Of a DNA stretch of 44,892 bases, positions 39,232 to 44,892 are shown one piece after another; position 1 is the stretch's first letter, and every line of letters starts with the position of its first letter. A model generated the notes under the pieces. It was not told where the DNA came from. It was given only the letters and a program-made list of their open reading frames with translations, and searched no databases. The translations under genes and the position numbers were made by a program. Where the stretch lies: the sequence record SRR20825010_277, one strand, 5' to 3'.

Positions 39232-40560
39232 ATGAAAGCAACCGTACCAGCCGCAATGATTACCGCACCAGGTTCTGGCCAGGGGAAGTCCATGGTGACC
39301 GCAGCACTGGCGAGATTGCATAGGAATGCCGGACGAAAGGTACGGGTGTTCAAGCACGGCCCGGATTACCTGGACCCGATGGTGCTGGAAGTCGCATCCG
39401 GACAGCCGGTGTACCAGTTACATCCGTGGATGACGGGCGAGGACGAGTGTCGCTGGCGTCTGATGGAAGCCGCGCAGGATGCCGACCTTATTCTGGTGGA
39501 AGGATCAATGGGATTGTTTGACGGTGACCCTTCCAGTGCGGACCTCGCCAAGCTGATGGGTATTCCCGCTCTGCCGGTCATTGATGCCCGCGGCATGGCT
39601 CAGACTTTTGGAGCGGTGGCTCTGGGATTATCAAAATTCGACTCCGCGCTTCCGGTTTATCAGGTGATTGCCAACCGCATCGGAAGTCCCCGACATGGGG
39701 CTATGCTGCGGGAGAGCCTGCCTGAAGGCATCAGTCTGCTAGGGGCCATTCCCCGAAACGAGGCCATGAGTCTTCCAAACCGGCATCTTGGGCTGGTTCA
39801 GGCCGGCGAGTTGGGCGATCTGGAGCAGCGTCTGGACGCCGCCGCTGACGTTCTTGCGGAAGCAGGGCTGGATGGCCTGCCGCTTCCCGTGACGTTGGAA
39901 GCTGAACCCCCGGAGTCCCCACCACCGTTGCTTGAGGGGGTTCGCATCGCCATTGCCCGGGACGCAGCGCTGAGTTTTATTTACCGCGCTAATCTGGACC
40001 TGTTGCAGGCGATGGGGGCAAAACTGTCTTTCTTCTCCCCGATGATAGATTCAGCATTGCCAGACGCCGACGCCCTCTGGTTACCAGGCGGGTACCCGGA
40101 ACTTCATGGTGCCACTCTGGCCGGTAACCGTTCGATGTTGGAGGCGATTCGCAACCACTACAGCGCCGGTAAACCCATGCTGGCCGAGTGTGGCGGGTTA
40201 ATGGCCTGTGTGGAGGAACTGGCGGACCACGACGGAGAGATCCACAACCTGCTCGGAATTATCCCCGGTCGCGTCAGTATGGCCGGCCGCCTGCAGGCGC
40301 TGGGTTTGCAGAGCCTGAATACCGAGCAGGGGCAGTTGCGGGGGCATACCTATCATCACTCGCGACTGGAAACTGACTGGCAACCCCTGGCCCGAACCCG
40401 CAAGGTTGCGGGCACCGAGGCTGAACCGGTGTATTGCCGGAAGGGGCTGGTGGCCAGCTATTTCCACGGCTATTTTCCCTCCGCCCCAGAACTGGTGGCC
40501 GGAATTTTTCGCGGGCAGGCCATTCGCCCGCTTATCGATAAGGAGCCTGACTATGCGTGA
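39232..40560 (+). CDS. cobB: Cobyrinate / hydrogenobyrinate a,c-diamide synthase
   Basis: SGQGKS, FKHGPDYLDP, VEGSMGLFDG, RHLGLVQ, LPGGYPEL and AECGG; ATG 39232 with AGGAG RBS. Confidence 0.92.
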   Translation: MKATVPAAMITAPGSGQGKSMVTAALARLHRNAGRKVRVFKHGPDYLDPMVLEVASGQPVYQLHPWMTGEDECRWRLMEAAQDADLILVEGSMGLFDGDPSSADLAKLMGIPALPVIDARGMAQTFGAVALGLSKFDSALPVYQVIANRIGSPRHGAMLRESLPEGISLLGAIPRNEAMSLPNRHLGLVQAGELGDLEQRLDAAADVLAEAGLDGLPLPVTLEAEPPESPPPLLEGVRIAIARDAALSFIYRANLDLLQAMGAKLSFFSPMIDSALPDADALWLPGGYPELHGATLAGNRSMLEAIRNHYSAGKPMLAECGGLMACVEELADHDGEIHNLLGIIPGRVSMAGRLQALGLQSLNTEQGQLRGHTYHHSRLETDWQPLARTRKVAGTEAEPVYCRKGLVASYFHGYFPSAPELVAGIFRGQAIRPLIDKEPDYA

Positions 40561-41164
40561 ACGCGCCAAAGACCCCGAACGCCATGCCCGCCGCATGGAC
40601 GCAAAGCAGAAGATCATGCAGGAGCGCATCGCCCGTGCCCAGAAAGAACAGGGTGTGCTGCTGGTGCTGACCGGCCCGGGTAAAGGCAAGAGCAGTTCCG
40701 GTTTTGGCATGGTGGCCCGGGCGCTCGGCCATGGCATGAAAGTGGGTATTGTCCAGTTCATCAAAGGCGCATTCAGCACCGGTGAAGAAGCGTTCTTCCG
40801 CGAATTGCCCAACGTGAGTTATCACGTGATGGGCCAGGGCTATACCTGGGATACCAAGAACCGGGAGCAGGACGTGGAGGCAGCCAATGCCGCCTGGGAT
40901 GTGGCCGCCAACATGTTGAAAGACGACAGCTACGACCTAGTCCTGCTGGACGAACTCAACATCGCCCTGAAGTACGACTATATTGATCTCGACCGTGTTC
41001 TGGACGACCTCCAGGGCCGCCCGGAGATGCAGCATGTGGTAGTGACCGGTCGGTCGGCACCACAGGAACTGGTGGACCTGGCGGACACTGTCACGGAAAT
41101 GGGCGTGGTGAAGCATGCCTTCAAGGACCAGGGTGTGAAAGCCCAGAAAGGTGTCGAGCTGTAA
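40553..41164 (+). CDS. cobO: Cob(I)yrinic acid a,c-diamide adenosyltransferase (CobO/BtuR type)
   Basis: TGPGKGKSSSGFG, VQFIKG, LLDELN, TGR and KHAF; ATG 40553 with AAGGAG RBS. Confidence 0.94.
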   Translation: MRERAKDPERHARRMDAKQKIMQERIARAQKEQGVLLVLTGPGKGKSSSGFGMVARALGHGMKVGIVQFIKGAFSTGEEAFFRELPNVSYHVMGQGYTWDTKNREQDVEAANAAWDVAANMLKDDSYDLVLLDELNIALKYDYIDLDRVLDDLQGRPEMQHVVVTGRSAPQELVDLADTVTEMGVVKHAFKDQGVKAQKGVEL

Positions 41165-41179
41165 CAGAGGCTGCTACCC

Positions 41180-42646
41180 ATGACCACGTTGATGATACAG
41201 GGAACGACTTCCGATGCCGGCAAAACGACGGTCGTCGCCGCCCTGTGTCGGTGGCTGGCGCGGCAGGGTGTTTCCGTGGCGCCTTTCAAACCTCAGAACA
41301 TGGCCCTAAACAGTGCGGTTACCGTAGACGGCGGTGAAATAGGCCGTTCCACGGCACTTCAGGCACTGGCCTGCGGGCTCGCCCCGCATAGCGATATGAA
41401 TCCGGTGTTGCTCAAGCCCCAGAGTGACTGCGGTGCCCAGGTAATCCTGCGAGGCAAGGTTCACGGCAATATGAACGCTCTGGATTACCATGCCTACAAG
41501 GCCGAGGCGATGGCCTCTGTGATGGAGGCATGGCGTGACCTGAGTGCCCGCTATGACGTAATCATTGCCGAAGGGGCTGGTAGCCCCGCCGAGATCAATT
41601 TGCGTGCGAATGATATTGCCAACATGGGCTTCGCCGAAGCGGCCGATTGCCCAGTGCTCCTCGTCGGCGATATTGACAAGGGTGGTGTGTTTGCCCAACT
41701 GGTGGGCACGCTTGAACTCATCACCGAGAGCGAACGAGCGCGCACGAAAGGCTTCGTTATCAACCGTTTTCGGGGCGATATTGCCTTGTTGAAGCCAGGC
41801 CTGGATTGGCTGGCCGAACGCACTGATAAAGCCGTAGCTGGCGTATTGCCGTATCTGCATGGCTTGGTGATTGACGCAGAAGACAGCGTTGGCACCAGTG
41901 GCACCCATGAACCCGATGCACTGAATGTGATCGTCCCGGTGTTACCTCGCATCAGCAACCACAATGACTTCGACCCCCTTCGTCTGCACCCGGGCGTCAA
42001 CCTCCAATTCATCGGCCCCGACCAGCGGATTCCTCCGGCTGACCTGATCCTGTTACCGGGCAGCAAAAGCACCCGGCATGATCTGCAATGGCTGAGATCC
42101 CAGGGCTGGCCTGAGGCTATTCAGAAACACCTCCGTTATGGCGGCAAGGTGTTAGGCATTTGCGGCGGCTTTCAGATGATGGGGCGGTCGGTATCCGACC
42201 CGGACGGCCTGGAAGGGGATGCCGGTACCACGCCTGGCCTTGAGTTGCTCAACATGACCACACGGATGGTTGCCGGCAAAACGCTGAAGGACGTTTCCGG
42301 AGAGTTAACGCTTGGCAGTGGAAGGCCGGGGTTCACAGGTTATGAGATGCATAACGGTATTTCCTGTGGCCCCGCGCTTGAACGCCCCATGGCGACGCTG
42401 AATGGACAGCCTGAAGGCGCAGTGAGTGGGGACGGTCAGATAATTGGAACCTATGTTCACGGCATTTTCGATCAGCCTGAAGCGACCCGTGAGATACTCG
42501 AATGGGCGGGCTTTGGAGCTCAGCATCAGGCCGTAGACTACAAGGCACATCGCCTGGAACAGCTGGATCGACTGGCGGATCTTGTTGAGGAGTGTCTGGA
42601 CACGGGGTTTCTGAAGCATTTGCTGGGACTCAACCGACGGCATTAG
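41180..42646 (+). CDS. cobQ: Cobyric acid synthase
   Basis: [40 protein letters not shown] and GYEMH. Confidence 0.96.
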   Translation: MTTLMIQGTTSDAGKTTVVAALCRWLARQGVSVAPFKPQNMALNSAVTVDGGEIGRSTALQALACGLAPHSDMNPVLLKPQSDCGAQVILRGKVHGNMNALDYHAYKAEAMASVMEAWRDLSARYDVIIAEGAGSPAEINLRANDIANMGFAEAADCPVLLVGDIDKGGVFAQLVGTLELITESERARTKGFVINRFRGDIALLKPGLDWLAERTDKAVAGVLPYLHGLVIDAEDSVGTSGTHEPDALNVIVPVLPRISNHNDFDPLRLHPGVNLQFIGPDQRIPPADLILLPGSKSTRHDLQWLRSQGWPEAIQKHLRYGGKVLGICGGFQMMGRSVSDPDGLEGDAGTTPGLELLNMTTRMVAGKTLKDVSGELTLGSGRPGFTGYEMHNGISCGPALERPMATLNGQPEGAVSGDGQIIGTYVHGIFDQPEATREILEWAGFGAQHQAVDYKAHRLEQLDRLADLVEECLDTGFLKHLLGLNRRH

Positions 42647-42655
42647 AGGCAAAGA

Positions 42656-43378
42656 ATGATAGACGACAAAACCCACCGGCCAAACCAGAATCGCCCCTTT
42701 AGTGATGAAGAAACGAGCGGGCTTTATCGTGCGATCCATGAACGCCGGGATGTGCGCTCGCAGTTTCTTCCTGATCCGATTCCCCCTGATGTCCTTGCCC
42801 GACTGCTCGACGCGGCCCACCACGCACCCTCCGTCGGTTTTATGCAGCCGTGGGACTTTCTCGTGATCGATAGCAAGTCAGTGCGCAGCGCAGTGCTTTC
42901 CATTTTCGAGGAAGAAAACCGGAAAGCCGCGGAAAATTATGAAGGCGATCGCAATACACAGTATAAGAGTCTGAAGCTCCAGGGCATCCTGGAGAGCCCG
43001 ATTAATCTATGCATCACCTGTGACCGAAGTCGTGGTGGTAGCCATGTGCTGGGACGTAACTCGATCGTCGAAACGGATCTTTTCAGTACGTGCCTGGCGG
43101 TACAGAACTTTTGGCTGGCAGCAAGGGCTGAAGGGATCGGTGTGGGCTGGGTCAGTATTCTGGATCAGGAAAAGCTGGCGAAGACACTGAAGCTCCCCGA
43201 ACACGTATACCCGTTGGCCTATCTGTGCCTTGGCTATGTCAGCGAGTTTCTTGAACAGCCTGAACTACAGAAAAAGGGATGGCGCTCGCGGTTGCCTCTG
43301 GCTGATCTTGTGCATGGAAGCACCTGGAGTGAGTCGTTGACGGAACCGGCGTTAGAAGCAGAGATCAGGAAAGGTTAA
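42656..43378 (+). CDS. bluB: 5,6-dimethylbenzimidazole synthase (flavin destructase)
   Basis: RRDVR, APSVGFMQPWDF, LKLQGI and LAARAEGIGVGWVSI; in B12 operon. Confidence 0.92.
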   Translation: MIDDKTHRPNQNRPFSDEETSGLYRAIHERRDVRSQFLPDPIPPDVLARLLDAAHHAPSVGFMQPWDFLVIDSKSVRSAVLSIFEEENRKAAENYEGDRNTQYKSLKLQGILESPINLCITCDRSRGGSHVLGRNSIVETDLFSTCLAVQNFWLAARAEGIGVGWVSILDQEKLAKTLKLPEHVYPLAYLCLGYVSEFLEQPELQKKGWRSRLPLADLVHGSTWSESLTEPALEAEIRKG

Positions 43379-43411
43379 AGTAGTGGTCAAGACGTTAGGT
43401 GAGGTTGCGGA

Positions 43412-43594
43412 ATGAAAGTGGCTGATAAGGTGCGCTCGCCCTGTGTGAGTATTTGCGCCCTTGATGACAACGATATGTGTGTTGGGTGCCATCGCAGTGG
43501 TGATGAGATCACGCGATGGTCCCAGATGAGCAATGAAGAGCGCCAGGAAGTGCTGCGCAAAGTGGCCGAGCGTGAAAGCAAATTTTTGATCTAG
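43412..43594 (+). CDS. DUF1289 small Cys-rich protein
   Basis: SPCVSICALD...CVGCHRSGDEITRW. Confidence 0.88.
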   Translation: MKVADKVRSPCVSICALDDNDMCVGCHRSGDEITRWSQMSNEERQEVLRKVAERESKFLI

Positions 43595-43632
43595 GTCTTT
43601 GACCCCCGATATCAGGAAAGGCAGAAACTTTC

Positions 43633-44823
43633 ATGACTGACACAGTTCGTATTGGTACTCCGCTGAAAGGAAATGCTTTCAGGGTTCTCTTCTGTGGCTC
43701 GGGAGAGCTGGGCAAGGAAGTTGTGATTGAACTCCAGCGCTTTGGCGTGGAAGTTATCGCAGTTGACCGTTACGCCAACGCCCCGGCCATGCAGGTGGCC
43801 CATCGGAGTCACGTTGTCGATATGCTCGATGGCGCTGCCTTACGCAGCATTATTGAGGCGGAAAAGCCAAACCTCATCGTGCCGGAAATTGAGGCGATTG
43901 CCACGCCGGAGCTGGTAAAGCTTGAGCAGGAAGGCTATCGGGTGATTCCCACCGCAAGAGCCGTCAATCTCACCATGAACCGGGAAGGTATCCGTCGCCT
44001 GGCCGCCGAAGAACTCGGGCTTGCAACGTCACCCTATCGATTTGCCGAGTCGAAAGAGGAGTATCTTGCGGCCGTCGAAGCCATCGGAATGCCTCTGGTG
44101 GTGAAGCCCGTTATGAGTTCTTCAGGAAAAGGGCAGAGCACGGTCAAGTCCGCCGATGATATTGAGACCGCTTGGGATTATGCCCAGACCGGTGGTCGAG
44201 CCGGCAAGGGAAGGGTGATTGTCGAAGGGTTTGTGGATTTTGACTACGAAATTACCTTGCTGACCGTGAAGCACCGCGACGGTATTTCATTCTGTGATCC
44301 TATTGGGCACCATCAGGAAGACGGCGATTACCGTGAATCCTGGCAGCCGCAACCAATGAGTGACAAGGCGCTGGCCCGTTCCCGGGAAATCGCGGAAGCG
44401 GTTGCCAGCAATCTGGGTGGCTATGGTGTCTACGGTGTGGAATTGTTTGTGAAGGGCGATGACGTATGGTTTTCAGAAGTGTCGCCACGCCCTCACGACA
44501 CGGGGTTGGTGACTCTGGTTTCCCAGGATCTGTCCGAGTTTGCCTTGCACGCCCGCGCCATCCTCGGGTTGCCGATACCGGCGATCCGTCAACAGGGCCC
44601 CTCAGCCTCCGCAGTGATATTGCCGGAGGGTGATTCGGATGCGGTTGCCTATACAGGGCTTGAAAAAGCGTTGGCTCAACCTGACATCTTTATCAGGCTC
44701 TTTGGGAAACCTGAACTGAAGGGGCGGCGGAGAATGGGGGTCGCGCTTGCGTCCGGTAGCTCGATTGACGAGGCCAGGGAGAAAGCAACCCAGGCTGCGG
44801 CCGCTGTGAAAACCGAGCTTTGA
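43633..44823 (+). CDS. purT: Formate-dependent phosphoribosylglycinamide formyltransferase
   Basis: [31 protein letters not shown] and RRMGVALA. Confidence 0.97.
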   Translation: MTDTVRIGTPLKGNAFRVLFCGSGELGKEVVIELQRFGVEVIAVDRYANAPAMQVAHRSHVVDMLDGAALRSIIEAEKPNLIVPEIEAIATPELVKLEQEGYRVIPTARAVNLTMNREGIRRLAAEELGLATSPYRFAESKEEYLAAVEAIGMPLVVKPVMSSSGKGQSTVKSADDIETAWDYAQTGGRAGKGRVIVEGFVDFDYEITLLTVKHRDGISFCDPIGHHQEDGDYRESWQPQPMSDKALARSREIAEAVASNLGGYGVYGVELFVKGDDVWFSEVSPRPHDTGLVTLVSQDLSEFALHARAILGLPIPAIRQQGPSASAVILPEGDSDAVAYTGLEKALAQPDIFIRLFGKPELKGRRRMGVALASGSSIDEAREKATQAAAAVKTEL

Positions 44824-44892
44824 CGATAAATCGTCAGGTTTCCTGAAAAAGTTATAACGAACCGTTGACAGTCGGAGTGAGCTCTGTAGAAT

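Noticed and set aside
23000-43400. Mobile genomic island or prophage
   Set aside because: No integrase, transposase, tRNA or flanking direct repeats were found by eye.
1-44892. CRISPR arrays, tRNA/rRNA genes, defence systems
   Set aside because: No repeat-spacer arrays, cloverleafs or recognisable defence genes; intergenic gaps are short and accounted for.

Overview
A core-plus-accessory chromosomal region of a GC-rich marine gammaproteobacterium; gene content and style suggest Marinobacter (inference). The left half (1-23 kb) is housekeeping: partial yaaA, a glutaredoxin-like gene, yciK, mupP/gph, ubiG, mtaD, mtnA, prc, a thiolase/FadJ pair, ComFB- and DUF349-family genes, recX, mltF, purL, a YqfO-like gene and two Nudix hydrolases. 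An AT-rich intergenic cluster of DnaA boxes after purL has DARS-like geometry. The right half (23.2-43.4 kb) is a same-strand B12 block. It starts with a GntR-led 2-hydroxyisobutyryl-CoA mutase operon (hcmB-hcl-meaH-hcmA-pduO) and cobD. A cobalamin riboswitch with a readable expression platform follows, then btuB, a signal-peptide-bearing CobN-like chelatase with no CobST or corrin ring-synthesis genes in the window, btuFCD, cobB, cobO, cobQ and bluB. A DUF1289 gene and purT end the window. The best candidate for an undescribed system is the apparently exported CobN-like protein inserted between BtuB and BtuF, possibly a periplasmic corrinoid/tetrapyrrole (de)metallation or salvage step. No rRNA, tRNA, CRISPR array or mobile element was recognised. 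All family calls come from motif recognition, not database searches.
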